From the NCBI GenBank assembly GCA_023415795.1, contig JAEZJG010000022.1, forward strand, positions 188,009 through 252,008: a stretch of DNA of 64,000 nucleotides, given 5' to 3'. The translations under genes were made by a program, and so were the position numbers. The notes under the pieces are model-generated. The model saw only the letters and a list, made by a program, of their open reading frames with translations, was not told the DNA's origin and did no database searches. The stretch is from Bacillota bacterium (lineage in GTDB: Bacteria > Bacillota > Clostridia > Christensenellales > SZUA-584). Shown in pieces: positions 24,876 to 35,237 of the stretch. The stretch's first letter is position 1. Each line of letters starts with the position of its first letter.

Positions 24876-24910
24876 GATAAAAGGAGCGGCATTGAATGAA
24901 CCGCTCCTTT
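24876..24910 (-). terminator. intrinsic terminator of the VOC-family gene
   Basis: 10-bp stem AAAGGAGCGG/CCGCTCCTTT. On the minus strand it is followed by TTTTAT. Confidence 0.6.
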
Positions 24911-24926
24911 GTGTACCAGATGTATT

Positions 24927-25805
24927 CTAACCCTCAAATGCCCGCTCCAGTGTGGCAATATCCAGCTTGTGCATTGGCATAAGAGCCGCTGTTACGCGGC
25001 GCAGCGCTTCGGCAGAACCGCTCATGAACATGTCGTCCATTGATGCAGGTGAAATCTGCCACGATAAACCGTATTTATCCTTGAGCCAGCCGCACTGCTC
25101 CGCTTCGGGGTCTGCGGACAGCGCATCCCATAAACGATCGATCTCCGCCTGATCCGCACAGTTCACCAAAAGGGAGAACGCTTCATTGAAGGTGGAATCT
25201 CCGCCCGAGTGATGATCCATCGCAGAGAAATGCACGCCTTCCATATGAAACGCTGCGTAATTCACGCTGGCCTTGTCCGTTTCCGCTTCACCGGGGGCAT
25301 AGTGGCTGACAAAGTCAACACCTGAATCACCAAACACCTGCGCATAGTAGTTGATGGCTTCCTCCGCTTTACCGCACACGCCGTTTGAAAACAACAGGTT
25401 GGGTGTAATCTTCTGCCGCTGGAGTTCTGGCATCTGAATAAGCTGCCAAGTCAAACCGAAGCGATCCTGAACCCAACCGTATCTCGGGCTAAAGGGGTAT
25501 TCACCCAGCGGCATCATCGCCGTGCCGCCCTCGATAAGAGCATTGTAGAGCTTGTCCACCTCCTGCGCCGTGGCACACGCCACCATCAGCGAAATGGACT
25601 CGTTAAGGCGAAAGTGTGGACCTGCGCTGATGGCGTAGAAAGGCTGTCCCGCAAGCTCAAAACTTAAAAACTCGGCATCGCCTGAGGGGGTGTCCTCAAT
25701 GACCGTGCTGTATACCAGGCGCGATCCATCAAAGAGGCTCATGTAGAATTCTGCGGCCTCTCGTGCATTGTCGTTGTACCAAAGATGGGGAACTATTTTC
25801 ATCAT
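24927..25805 (-). CDS. VOC-superfamily protein, tandem PhnB/3-demethylubiquinone-9 3-methyltransferase-like domains
   Basis: MMKIVPHLWYNDNAREAAEFYMSLF… and a second half …ITPNLLFSNGVCGKAEEAINYYAQVF… show the duplicated domain. Start at ATG 25805 after AAGGAGG. Confidence 0.7.
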   Translation of the reverse strand: MMKIVPHLWYNDNAREAAEFYMSLFDGSRLVYSTVIEDTPSGDAEFLSFELAGQPFYAISAGPHFRLNESISLMVACATAQEVDKLYNALIEGGTAMMPLGEYPFSPRYGWVQDRFGLTWQLIQMPELQRQKITPNLLFSNGVCGKAEEAINYYAQVFGDSGVDFVSHYAPGEAETDKASVNYAAFHMEGVHFSAMDHHSGGDSTFNEAFSLLVNCADQAEIDRLWDALSADPEAEQCGWLKDKYGLSWQISPASMDDMFMSGSAEALRRVTAALMPMHKLDIATLERAFEG

Positions 25806-25898
25806 AGCAGCCTCCTTTTGCATTTAAGCATATCGTTGATATAACTTTATTCTGCCAGAAAATGCGAAGAAGATCAATGCTAATGAGAATCTTTATTA

Positions 25899-26384
25899 TT
25901 AATTTTTAGAGTGACAGCCGCAGCCATTCTCATGCTGATGCTGCTCGCCGCCGCAGGAATGGCGAACCCCATTCTCCAGCTTCACCTTGTTCATGCTGCC
26001 GCACTGAGGGCAGGCAATCTCGTAACCGTGTTTGCCGCCTTCAGTGCAGGGCGGTTCTTCCCAGGTCTTCTTGCAATCCACACATTCAAAAACTCTGTTC
26101 TTCATTATAAAATAGCCTCCTTGTATTGTAATAGCGTGACCCTGAGTAAGAGCCGTTGCTATTTTTTTGCGCGATGCCGCCAGAATGCGTTGAAACGTAG
26201 GGCGGGTAAGCTCCATTTTACGGGCACAGGTTTCCTGATCGTATCCAAGCATATCTTTAAGACGCACCGCTTCCATTTCCTCAACACCCAGAACGGTGAC
26301 GCTTTGTATATCTGTGGTGTCGGGCTTGAAGCTGCGGCATGCAGGAATATCCTCCACGCGGCCGCAGCAGCGTTTTCTTGGCAT
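25899..26384 (-). CDS. DUF134 (UPF0251) DNA-binding-like protein fused to a C-terminal zinc-ribbon and Cys/His-rich tail
   Basis: MPRKRCCGRVEDIPACRSFKP…MEAVRLKDMLGYDQETCARKMELTRPTFQRIL… follows the DUF134 pattern. It is followed by CVDC…CPQC and a HSCGGEQHQHENGCGCH tail. Start at ATG 26384 after TGGAGG. Confidence 0.6.
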   Translation of the reverse strand: MPRKRCCGRVEDIPACRSFKPDTTDIQSVTVLGVEEMEAVRLKDMLGYDQETCARKMELTRPTFQRILAASRKKIATALTQGHAITIQGGYFIMKNRVFECVDCKKTWEEPPCTEGGKHGYEIACPQCGSMNKVKLENGVRHSCGGEQHQHENGCGCHSKN

Positions 26385-26642
26385 CGATACCTCCAATTGA
26401 ACATTTGCTCAATAAAATTATAAACCTGATGCGTCGAAAATACAAGAGCAGCATAGATTTATGGGGATGACATTTGTCTCAAAATTAATTAGTTCAAAAT
26501 AAATATTTTGAGAAACACTAATGTAAAAGTTAAATTGTAACGATTATTGTTATTGAGGAGAAGGTATATAGGAGTGCGTATATAAGCGCTGTTTTTTTTT
26601 CTTTAAGTATCAATCCAAACTATGAAAAATGGGAGATGTTTT

Positions 26643-28925
26643 ATGTTTAAGTTTTATCGTAATACGAAAATCGGCACAAAGGTATCAGTCATTATTGTAC
26701 TGCTCGTTATACTGTCGTTGGGGCTCGTGAGCTTCATATCGTTTTCCGGTGCTTCAGATGCGTTGTTTACCAGTTATCAAAGCAGTATGACGACAATAGC
26801 CATGCAAACCTCCGATGTATTGTCGTTGGAGGTGCAGGCGTATAAGACTAGCATCAATCATGTTGTGGAACATATTGCAGATGGTACAGCCGCGACTGCG
26901 GCTATTGAAGCGGGTATGAACGAGAAGGCGTATGCTTTTATGAGCTACACTGGTGTGGATGGAACCGTTGCAGCCTCCGGTGATATCGATGATGATCTCA
27001 CCACCCTTGACGGCTACCAGCAGGCGCTTGCAGGCAAGCAGGTGATCACCAGGGCAGATGTATTAAAGAGCACTGGTGAGTTATACTTTTTTGCTTTCTC
27101 GCCAGTAACCAAGGGCGGGAAGGTCACGGGGGTTATCAGTGCGCTGATTGACTATAATATATTCAGAGATCTGATAAACACAGTGGATCTTGGAAAATCA
27201 GGTACTGCAATGCTGCTGGATGAAGTGGGTGCTGTCAGTGTTCACCCGATCATCGATAAGGTTGTCGCTCACGAAAACGCCATTGAATCAGCCAAGAAGA
27301 ATGCGAAGCTGGCTCCCATGGCAGCGCTCTTACAGAAGGCTGTCAATAGAGAGCAAGGCTTCGGACAATATGCTTTTGAAGGCGTTGTTAAATATATGGC
27401 TTATTCTCCGGTTGACGGAACGGACTGGAGCATCATGATCAGTATCCCTAAGGCGGAGCTGTTTGCATCTATAGATAAAGTATTGGTCGCTATACTATCA
27501 TCTTCAATTGCGGCATCGATTGTCGTTATGTTGGTGCTTTGGTTGTTTGTACGTATGCAGATTAGTAAGCCATTGAAGGTGACAGGCGACTTTGCAAAGC
27601 AGCTGGCATCGGGTAATTTTGAAACGAAACTGGTCATAAAAAATAACGACGAGATCGGGCAGCTTTCCAGCATCTTGGACAGCGAGGTTCGGCAGGCGTT
27701 TGCTGCGATCGAGAAGAATCGCATTGTTTCAGAAAAGCAGACTTTGTATAGCAACCAGCAGGTAGACAAGCTGATCGTGAACCTTGATCGGCTCTCAAAG
27801 GGTGAGCTTTACTGCGACATGACGGTGGATACACCTGACGAGGATACACAAAGCTTTTATGAGCTGTTCAGCAGGGTCGCGGATAATCTGGGCCTGACAG
27901 TAAACACGCTCAGGACTTATATCGAGGAGATATCAGGGGCGTTGGCGACGATGTCCTCAGGCGACCTTACGGTAAACATCGACAGCGAGTTCCGTGGAGA
28001 CTTTGTCACGCTGAAGGATTCCATCAACAGCATTTCGGAATCGCTTAGTGGTGTAATGTCTGAAATAGAAGCGGCGGCACAGCAGGTGGCCGCGGGTACG
28101 ACCCAGGTATCTGATGGCAGCCAGGAAATATCACAGGGCGCGACAGAGCAGGCCAGTGCGCTGGAGGAGCTGTCTGCGACGGTGACAGAGATAGCGGGAC
28201 AGACAAGGCAAAACGCGATCAGCGCAGGTCAGGCAAACGAGCTCGCGATCAGTGCGAAAAAGAGCGCCGCAGAGGGTAACGACCAGATGAAGGCGATGCA
28301 GAACGCGATGAGCGAGATTAACGATTCGTCTGCCAGCATCAGCAAGATCATCAAAGTGATAGACGACATTGCGTTCCAGACCAACATACTGGCGCTCAAT
28401 GCCGCGGTGGAAGCGGCCAGAGCGGGAGCGCATGGTAAGGGCTTCGCGGTGGTGGCGGAGGAAGTGAGAAACCTTGCGGCCAGAAGCGCAAATGCGGCGA
28501 AGGAAACAACAGCCTTGATCGAAGGCTCAATAACGAAGACGGAAGCGGGTACGCAGATAGCGGACAAAACCGCACAGGCGCTGGCAGGTATAGCGGAGGG
28601 TGTTGACAAAGCAGCTGAGCTGATGGGGCAAATAGCCGCAGCATCCAACGAACAGGCAACCGGCATTGCGCAGGTGAATAACGGTATCGAGCAGCTGTCG
28701 CAGGTGGTGCAGACGAACTCTGCGACGTCGGAAGAGACAGCGGCGACGGCGGAAGAGCTGTCCAGTCAGGCTGAAATGCTCAAAAGCCTCATCGTGCGCT
28801 TTAAGACGCGGGAAGAGCAGCGGGTGCATTCCTTCGACAAGCCCGCAAGAAGCGCCAAGCATCAATATAATGAGGCGGCAAAGCCGTTCATACAGCTTGA
28901 GGACGGCGATTTTGGCAAGTATTGA
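26643..28925 (+). CDS. methyl-accepting chemotaxis protein (dCache-like sensor, HAMP, MCP signalling domain)
   Basis: N-terminal TM, a ~270-aa extracytoplasmic domain, a second TM, HAMP (…DEIGQLS…) and the highly conserved …[41 protein letters not shown]…. Confidence 0.9.
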   Translation: MFKFYRNTKIGTKVSVIIVLLVILSLGLVSFISFSGASDALFTSYQSSMTTIAMQTSDVLSLEVQAYKTSINHVVEHIADGTAATAAIEAGMNEKAYAFMSYTGVDGTVAASGDIDDDLTTLDGYQQALAGKQVITRADVLKSTGELYFFAFSPVTKGGKVTGVISALIDYNIFRDLINTVDLGKSGTAMLLDEVGAVSVHPIIDKVVAHENAIESAKKNAKLAPMAALLQKAVNREQGFGQYAFEGVVKYMAYSPVDGTDWSIMISIPKAELFASIDKVLVAILSSSIAASIVVMLVLWLFVRMQISKPLKVTGDFAKQLASGNFETKLVIKNNDEIGQLSSILDSEVRQAFAAIEKNRIVSEKQTLYSNQQVDKLIVNLDRLSKGELYCDMTVDTPDEDTQSFYELFSRVADNLGLTVNTLRTYIEEISGALATMSSGDLTVNIDSEFRGDFVTLKDSINSISESLSGVMSEIEAAAQQVAAGTTQVSDGSQEISQGATEQASALEELSATVTEIAGQTRQNAISAGQANELAISAKKSAAEGNDQMKAMQNAMSEINDSSASISKIIKVIDDIAFQTNILALNAAVEAARAGAHGKGFAVVAEEVRNLAARSANAAKETTALIEGSITKTEAGTQIADKTAQALAGIAEGVDKAAELMGQIAAASNEQATGIAQVNNGIEQLSQVVQTNSATSEETAATAEELSSQAEMLKSLIVRFKTREEQRVHSFDKPARSAKHQYNEAAKPFIQLEDGDFGKY

Positions 28926-28996
28926 GAGATGCTGCTGTTGACAAGCAGCCGGATATAACAGAGGAATAGCCGGACACCACTTGTCCGGAGACAGAG

Positions 28997-29030
28997 AACC
29001 CCTTGCGCTGTAAATGCACAAGGGGTTTTC
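28997..29030 (+). terminator. intrinsic terminator after the MCP gene
   Basis: AACCCCTTG-N13-CAAGGGGTT followed by TTC. Confidence 0.55.
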
Positions 29031-29055
29031 GTGTTATAGAAATGATTTCGGTTGA

Positions 29056-29544
29056 CTAAAGAGACAGCTCCATAAAACCTACGGTAAACGGCAGATGCGC
29101 GAACAGCCGTGTGCCGGTGTGTACAAAGCCGTGCAATAAATACCAGTCTTTAAGCATCGTATTCTCTTCAATAATGCCAATGGTGATTTTGTTTCCACCT
29201 TTTTTGCGGACTGTATCACATGCCCATTCCAGTAACTGTGATCCATGACCCGCATGGCGGAGTGGGGGCAGCACAGCCAGCTTGCACAGCTCAAACATGT
29301 CCTCGCTCTTTTGCGCCAATTGCGCGAAGCCTGAGGGTTGTCCGTCGGCAAACAGTCCGGCCATCACATCACCCCGGCTATGATCGGACAACAACCGCTC
29401 CGTTTGGATAAACGCGCCATTGGTGGGGCAATTCTGTATCGTTAAGCCAAAATCCGCCGCGACAGTTGCAAAGCTTTGGCGTATTACCTCCGCAAACACA
29501 GCCAGCTCATCTGAGCACACCTCGCGTATCAATACATTCGCCAT
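29056..29544 (-). CDS. GNAT family N-acetyltransferase
   Basis: …LAVLPPLRHAGHGSQLLEWACDTVRKKGG… is GNAT motif A. 162 aa. Confidence 0.8.
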   Translation of the reverse strand: MANVLIREVCSDELAVFAEVIRQSFATVAADFGLTIQNCPTNGAFIQTERLLSDHSRGDVMAGLFADGQPSGFAQLAQKSEDMFELCKLAVLPPLRHAGHGSQLLEWACDTVRKKGGNKITIGIIEENTMLKDWYLLHGFVHTGTRLFAHLPFTVGFMELSL

Positions 29545-29626
29545 GGGTTTCTCCTTTCAGCCCTCTTCTTATATGACAAGAGCGCACATCTAGCGCGCTC
29601 TTGTAGCCTGTTTAGAATCTAAGCTG

Positions 29627-31558
29627 TTAGAATATTGTTTTCTCCGCGATTTCCTTCAGCAGCGTATCAAGGAACTGGGCGCCGTCCATCTCTCCGAGAT
29701 CTCCCAATCCGCGCTTACGGACGGCGAGAGTGCCCTTCTCCGTCTCACTGTCGCCCGCGACTATCATGTACGGGATGCGCTCGTAGCGACCTTCGCGAAT
29801 CTTGTAGCCAATCTTCTCACTGCGGTCGTCCAGCGTCACGCGCACACCGGCGGCGCGCAGCTTGCGCTCCCATTCACGCAGATAGGGGATGGAACGGTCG
29901 GTGATGGACATCAGACGCACCTGCTCCGGTGCGATCCAGAGCGGCAGCGCACCGGCGTATTTCTCGATCAGCATTGCCAATGTGCGTTCATAGCACCCGA
30001 TGGACGAGCGGTGGATGACATAGGGGCGCTGTTTCTCACCGTTCGAATCCACATATGTCATATCGAACCGATCTGCGTTGGAGAAGTCAATCTGCACAGT
30101 GAACAGCGTATCCTCTTTTCCGAATACGTTTTTGAACTGGAGATCCAGCTTGGGACCGTAGAATGCCGCCTCGCCGTCCGCTTCCACATAGTTCAGACCG
30201 ATCTCGTCCAATATCGTCTTCATTAGTCCTTGAGTGGTTTCCCACGCCTGCGGGTCGTTGATGTATTTCTCGGTGTTTTTCGGATCCCATTTGGAGAAAC
30301 GGTATTTGATGTCGTCCTGTATACCGATGCACTTCATCATATACTGAATGAGATCCACCACTGCTTTAAACTCCTCCGCCAGCTGGTCCGGACGGCAGAT
30401 GATGTGCGCGTCTGCCAGTGTGAATTGGCGCACACGGATGAGTCCGTGCATCTCGCCCGAAGCCTCATTGCGGAACAAAGTTGCGTTCTCATTGTAGCGG
30501 ATCGGAAGATCGCGATAGCTGCGCAGCTCAGAGTTGTAGATCATGAACTGGAACGGGCAGTCCATCGGGCGCAGAGCCAGCACCTCGTCACCCTTCTCTT
30601 CATCGCCCAGCACAAACATGCCGTCCTTATAGTGATCCCAATGTCCAGATATCTTGTACAGATCGCTTTTGGCCATCAACGGCGTGCGCACCAGCGTGTA
30701 GCCGCGCGATTCCTCCTCATCCTCGACGAAGCGCGACAGTATCTGAATGACCTTTGCGCCCTTGGGCATCAGCAGCGGCAATCCTTGGCCGACCACATCC
30801 ACCGTGGTGAAATACTTCAGCTCGCGCCCCAGCTTATTGTGGTCACGCTCACGCGCTTCTTTGAGCTGCTGTAAATACGCGTCCAGATCGGCCTGTTTTT
30901 CGAACGCCGTGCCGTATATGCGTGAAAGCATCTTGTTTTTCTCACTGCCGCGCCAGTATGCGCCTGCAATAGTCAGCAGCTTGAAGGCCTTTACCTTGCC
31001 GGTGGAGACTAAGTGCGGACCAGCGCACAGGTCGGTAAAATCGTCCTGACGATAGAAACTTAATATGGTATCTTCGGGCAGATCGTTAATCAGCTCTTGC
31101 TTGTAGGGTTCATCCTTCATCAGTGCGAGAGCCTCGGCGCGTGGCAGCTCAAAGCGCTCTAGTTTCGTATCTGCTTCCACAATGCGTTTCATCTCCGCCT
31201 CGATGCGCACCAAATCCTCGGAATCGAAGGGCTTCTCCACATCGAAGTCGTAATAAAAACCGGTGTCTATCGCGGGGCCAATCGCGACCTTCGCGGTGGG
31301 AAACAGCCGCGTTACCGCCTGTGCCATGATGTGTGACGCGGTGTGCCAAAACGCCTTCTTGCCCGCCTCGTCGTCAAATGTCAGTATTTCCAGACGGCAG
31401 TCGGCGTTGATGACGGTATCAAGGCTGCGAACCGTACCGTCGATACGAGCAGCCAATGCCCGCTTCGCAAGCTTATTTGATATCGCCGATGCGATCTCCT
31501 GCGCACTCATACCATCCTTAAATTCTCTGCTTTCGCCGTTAGCCAGTGTAATATTCAT
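29627..31558 (-). CDS. thrS: threonine--tRNA ligase
   Basis: Start at ATG 31558 (MNITLANGESREFKDGMSAQEIA…, a TGS domain). It has the second additional domain, class II core motifs (…FRNEASGEMHGLIRVRQFT…) and an anticodon-binding domain. Confidence 0.95.
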   Translation of the reverse strand: MNITLANGESREFKDGMSAQEIASAISNKLAKRALAARIDGTVRSLDTVINADCRLEILTFDDEAGKKAFWHTASHIMAQAVTRLFPTAKVAIGPAIDTGFYYDFDVEKPFDSEDLVRIEAEMKRIVEADTKLERFELPRAEALALMKDEPYKQELINDLPEDTILSFYRQDDFTDLCAGPHLVSTGKVKAFKLLTIAGAYWRGSEKNKMLSRIYGTAFEKQADLDAYLQQLKEARERDHNKLGRELKYFTTVDVVGQGLPLLMPKGAKVIQILSRFVEDEEESRGYTLVRTPLMAKSDLYKISGHWDHYKDGMFVLGDEEKGDEVLALRPMDCPFQFMIYNSELRSYRDLPIRYNENATLFRNEASGEMHGLIRVRQFTLADAHIICRPDQLAEEFKAVVDLIQYMMKCIGIQDDIKYRFSKWDPKNTEKYINDPQAWETTQGLMKTILDEIGLNYVEADGEAAFYGPKLDLQFKNVFGKEDTLFTVQIDFSNADRFDMTYVDSNGEKQRPYVIHRSSIGCYERTLAMLIEKYAGALPLWIAPEQVRLMSITDRSIPYLREWERKLRAAGVRVTLDDRSEKIGYKIREGRYERIPYMIVAGDSETEKGTLAVRKRGLGDLGEMDGAQFLDTLLKEIAEKTIF

Positions 31559-31574
31559 TGCTTCATCCTTTCCA

Positions 31575-31800
31575 TACATACAGTAAAATAAAAAAGCCCA
31601 CGCACGAAAAAATTCGCATATGGGACGATTGTTCACCGCGGTTCCACCCATCTTCCATTGATCAATGGCAGCTTACTGTTGCGGATAAGGGCGCAACCCC
31701 GTTCGCTTATGAGCAGGTGGTTTCACTTCATGGATCACGCACGGCACATTTCCAGCCCTCGATGTGCAACGTCTCTTGATGCGCTTTTGACCCGCCGTTA
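31575..31800 (-). promoter_or_regulatory. T-box riboswitch leader (Thr specifier ACC) of thrS
   Basis: On the minus strand: AGAGA-type box (CAAGAGAC, ~31771-31779), specifier loop GAAACCACC with ACC at 31719-31721, T-box sequence TGGGTGGAACCGCGGTGAAC (31631-31650), and a terminator hairpin plus T-run (~31586-31628). Confidence 0.8.
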
Positions 31801-31883
31801 CTTATCCTGCAAACTGTTTTTTATTATATGCTTCGGCACACTTTCTGTCAATTGCCTAATGCACACACTATACCGTTAAAAAC

Positions 31884-32732
31884 TTACTTGGGATGAGAGG
31901 TGCTTGCTGGAACCATGTTGCTTTTTTGCTGGCATGCACTTTCCGGCTCATAAACATTCAGCTCGGTTTTTATAAAAACGATATCGACGCGCCTGTTGAG
32001 CTGTTTGTTATCTTCTGTGTTGTTTGGTGCTACCGGACGATATTCCCCATAGCTGACGGCACAAACACGAGAAGCATCTACGCCTTGATCAATGATGAGC
32101 TTGGCGACATTTATGGCGCGCTGCGATGCTAACTCCCAGTTGGAAGAGTACTTCGTTGAATGGATTGGCACATTATCTGTCGAGCCTTCAATACGGATAT
32201 AATTATTGACTGAATTGACGACAGAAGCCAGTTCGTTCAAGGTGTTTACCGCCTCTTTATAAATGTCGGCGGAGCCTGATTTGAACAGCAACCCCTCCAC
32301 CAGGCTAACCACAATACCGCGCTCTTCGGCATGAACGCTTACATAATCTGAAAGACCATCCTTGTCAATAAGTGCATCTAACTTGCCAAGGAGTTGTTCG
32401 TCATCGAATTTTAACTGGACTGCAGCAGATGGGGAAGGCGTTGCCTCGGACTCCTCTGTGGCGGACGCCGCTGCATACTCCTCAAACGAAAAAGACCCGT
32501 CCGTCTCGCGTGAATCGGAACCAGTGCTGCCTGAAGAAGACGCCTGTGTGCTCGGGTTCATCACAATGCCCAGCTGTTCCGCCAGAGCGTCAAATTTTTG
32601 GACATCAACCTTACTGATGGTATACATCATGATAAACAAAACCAGCAGCAGTGTAATCATATCTGAATAAGTCAGCAGCCATCGTTCACTGTTCTCTTTC
32701 TTGTGCTCTTCATCGTCATGTCTTCTGCTCAT
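31884..32732 (-). CDS. motB: flagellar motor stator protein MotB (OmpA-like C-terminal domain)
   Basis: Start at ATG 32732 (MSRRHDDEEHKKENSERWLLTYSDMITLLLVLF…), overlapping the motA stop by 17 nt. A long Ser/Thr/Glu-rich linker is followed by the OmpA-like …SNWELASQRAINVAKL…NRRVDIVF. Confidence 0.8.
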   Translation of the reverse strand: MSRRHDDEEHKKENSERWLLTYSDMITLLLVLFIMMYTISKVDVQKFDALAEQLGIVMNPSTQASSSGSTGSDSRETDGSFSFEEYAAASATEESEATPSPSAAVQLKFDDEQLLGKLDALIDKDGLSDYVSVHAEERGIVVSLVEGLLFKSGSADIYKEAVNTLNELASVVNSVNNYIRIEGSTDNVPIHSTKYSSNWELASQRAINVAKLIIDQGVDASRVCAVSYGEYRPVAPNNTEDNKQLNRRVDIVFIKTELNVYEPESACQQKSNMVPASTSHPK

Positions 32733-33552
32733 TGACGGAGGAGACCTCCTTTGTTTCGGAATTGTTGTTTTTGTCCTGTTTACGGCCAGACATCTCAAGC
32801 CGCAAATAGGGGGTTAGTCTCTCTCTGATTGCAGTTGGGTTTTCGAAGTCGTTCATTGCCATCAAACCGTCTATTATCAAATCAGTCTCGATTTTTTCAA
32901 CTTTAAGGCGGAGAGATAACTTTGCTGCAATAGGCAGATAGACAAGGTTGGCAAAACATACACCATAGAGTGTTGCGACGAAAGCCACAGCAATGGACTT
33001 GGCCAGCTCCTCGGGTGTGCTCATATTAGCCAGCACTTGAATGAGACCCAAAACCGTACCGATAATCCCTAACGTTGGCGAATAACCGCCGGCTGCTTCA
33101 AAAAGCGCGATTTCCCTTTTTTTGAGCTGTTCATGGATGTATACGTCGTTTTCGAGTATATCCCGAAAAGCGTTTTTGTCCATGCCATCCATTAGCATGG
33201 TAAGTCCCTTAACGAGCAGAGGATCATTTTCTTTAATGAATTCTTCATCGCGGACGATCTGATCGAGCACTAGAAGGCCTTCTTTTTTTATTTTAATGGA
33301 CAGCTCATAAATCTGTTCAATAGTGGCCTGAAGCGACATTTTTGGTGTTGTGGCAGCTGTTTTAATGAGTTTTGGTATATTAATAACATCGTTAACGGAG
33401 AAAGACACCATGAGTGCCCCCGCTGTGCCTCCTAAAACGATAATGGCGGGACTTAACAGGAATAAGGACATGATATCGCCATGTTCAAGTACGAAGCCTG
33501 TAATTAAAGCGCCAAAGCCGACAATTAATCCGATTATTGTACCCTTGCCCAT
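32716..33552 (-). CDS. motA: flagellar motor stator protein MotA (MotA/TolQ/ExbB proton-channel family)
   Basis: 278 aa with 4 TM helices. …YSPTLGIIGTVLGLIQVL… and …VAFVATLYGVCFANLVYLPIA… are typical. Confidence 0.85.
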   Translation of the reverse strand: MGKGTIIGLIVGFGALITGFVLEHGDIMSLFLLSPAIIVLGGTAGALMVSFSVNDVINIPKLIKTAATTPKMSLQATIEQIYELSIKIKKEGLLVLDQIVRDEEFIKENDPLLVKGLTMLMDGMDKNAFRDILENDVYIHEQLKKREIALFEAAGGYSPTLGIIGTVLGLIQVLANMSTPEELAKSIAVAFVATLYGVCFANLVYLPIAAKLSLRLKVEKIETDLIIDGLMAMNDFENPTAIRERLTPYLRLEMSGRKQDKNNNSETKEVSSVNEQKT

Positions 33553-33673
33553 TTTGTACTTCCTTGGATTTGTTCTATGAGATTACTATCGGAGTTTTTA
33601 TCAGAATAATTAGCAAAAAAGTGCCCGAAGACACTTTTTAATTTACACAATCTAATATTTGGTGATGAATCAA

Positions 33674-34276
33674 TTACAATATGCTGCGCCCGCCCGACGT
33701 GTTTTCGGGCTGCCTGTTTTTGAGCAGCACACCCTGACCCGTGCGCAATATCCCAAACACCAGAATGATGATGCCAAGGAATATCACCTGGTTGATGGAT
33801 AGCACCAGCGGGATGATAAGGAACACCAGGCCGATCAGCGTAAGCAGAGCGCCTGCACTGGTCTTTCGCCCTATACCCTCCTTGCGTCCGTGTATAATCC
33901 CGAAGATGCCAAAGACAATCAGCCAGCAAGATAGTATCACACCCATTAAATCCGCTGTGGGAGTAATGATCAGAAGAAGCAAAAACAGCACCAAATCAAC
34001 CAATCCGTGCACCAAATACGCGACAAATAAACTTTGATTGTTTCTGTTTTGTATAGCCTTAAAGATACAGTATATTCCGTAGACCAGCACACCGATGCGA
34101 ATTATAAATATCAACGTTTTCAGTGCAATACTGGCTTCGTCTGGGTGCGCTTTGCTGACTCCGTTGGCAGCCAGAAGGAATATACCTGTTGCGATGATCA
34201 GTGCGCCTGTCACAACAACAAGCCACCATGGTGTTTTTTTCTCAGTTGGGAACATGTCAGGCTCCTCCTCAAACAT
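33674..34276 (-). CDS. HdeD/DUF308-like membrane protein
   Basis: 200 aa with six TM helices that repeat a G(I/L)xx(I/L)xxG-type DUF308-like pattern. Confidence 0.5.
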   Translation of the reverse strand: MFEEEPDMFPTEKKTPWWLVVVTGALIIATGIFLLAANGVSKAHPDEASIALKTLIFIIRIGVLVYGIYCIFKAIQNRNNQSLFVAYLVHGLVDLVLFLLLLIITPTADLMGVILSCWLIVFGIFGIIHGRKEGIGRKTSAGALLTLIGLVFLIIPLVLSINQVIFLGIIILVFGILRTGQGVLLKNRQPENTSGGRSIL

Positions 34277-34340
34277 ACTTCTCTATACTGAAATAATACC
34301 ACCAAAATACGATTATACACAACTATTATCAATGAAAAAA

Positions 34341-35171
34341 TTAATGGGGCGAGAAGCCCTCGCCCAGTACCTCGCTGACATCCGCGACAATAACGAACGC
34401 GCTGGGGTCAATGCTTCGCACCAGCCTTTTGAGTCGCACGCCCTCGGTGCGCCAGGGCAGCACACACAAAAGCACGCTTTTTTCACTGCCGCTGTACATC
34501 CCCTTGGCGTTGAGCAATGTCACGCCGCGCTGCAGCTTTTCCATAATAGCGGCGGCAAGCTCCTTATTCTTTTCGGATATGATGTAGAACGCCTTGGCAG
34601 CGGAAAGCCCGACGGTAATGGCATCGATCAGCTTAGATGTCACAAACAGAGATGCCAGTGCATACAACGCGACCTCCGGCTCAAAAAGCAGACCAGAGGC
34701 GATTATGACGACAAAGTCGATACAAAAAACAAACGTGCCCATACCCACTGATCGGAAGTGCGTGCTGAGCATTTTTGCAGCCATATCTGTACCGCCCGTG
34801 CTGCCGCCCGACCGCACCACAAGACCGATACCGATGCCTACCAGCACACCGCCGTATACGCAGCCTAAAAAGTGATCCTGAGCGGCAGGAACGGGAATGA
34901 CCTCTGCAGCGACAGAATACAACATAAGCGAGTAAGCTGTGCGGATGGCAAAACTTTTACCCACGGCACGAAACCCAAACAGGAACAGAGGCACGTTCAG
35001 TACGACGATTGTAAGCCCCAGCGGAACATTAAATAGGTGATACAGTATTGTAGCGATGCCGCTGATGCCGCCCGCTGCAATGGTATTGGGAACCAAAAAC
35101 AGATTCAACCCTGCCACGGCAATGCCCACACCCACTGTCATCCATATATAATCCTTCACACGCTGGCTCAT
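34341..35171 (-). CDS. YitT family membrane protein (with DUF2179 C-terminal domain)
   Basis: MSQRVKDYIWMTVGVGIAVAGLNLFLVPNTIAAGGISGIATILYHLF… is typical of YitT. Start at ATG 35171 after GGGAGA (the track uses GTG 35189). Confidence 0.8.
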   Translation of the reverse strand: MSQRVKDYIWMTVGVGIAVAGLNLFLVPNTIAAGGISGIATILYHLFNVPLGLTIVVLNVPLFLFGFRAVGKSFAIRTAYSLMLYSVAAEVIPVPAAQDHFLGCVYGGVLVGIGIGLVVRSGGSTGGTDMAAKMLSTHFRSVGMGTFVFCIDFVVIIASGLLFEPEVALYALASLFVTSKLIDAITVGLSAAKAFYIISEKNKELAAAIMEKLQRGVTLLNAKGMYSGSEKSVLLCVLPWRTEGVRLKRLVRSIDPSAFVIVADVSEVLGEGFSPH

Positions 35172-35237
35172 GTGATCTCCCGTCGCCACTAAAATTATGT
35201 GCGCTAATGAAATAAGCGGAAGATGTAATCCTCCGCT

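Noticed and set aside
29545-29626. Perfect 10-bp hairpin ACAAGAGCGC…GCGCTCTTGT downstream of thrS as its terminator.
   Set aside because: The hairpin is real, but no T-run follows it on the minus strand, so the intrinsic-terminator call is not supported. It was left unannotated.
31884-33552. MotA/MotB homologues as ZorA/ZorB of a Zorya anti-phage system.
   Set aside because: The MotA-like protein is only 278 aa, with no long ZorA tail. MotB has a normal OmpA-like domain, and no ZorC/D/E-like (helicase or nuclease) genes are adjacent.
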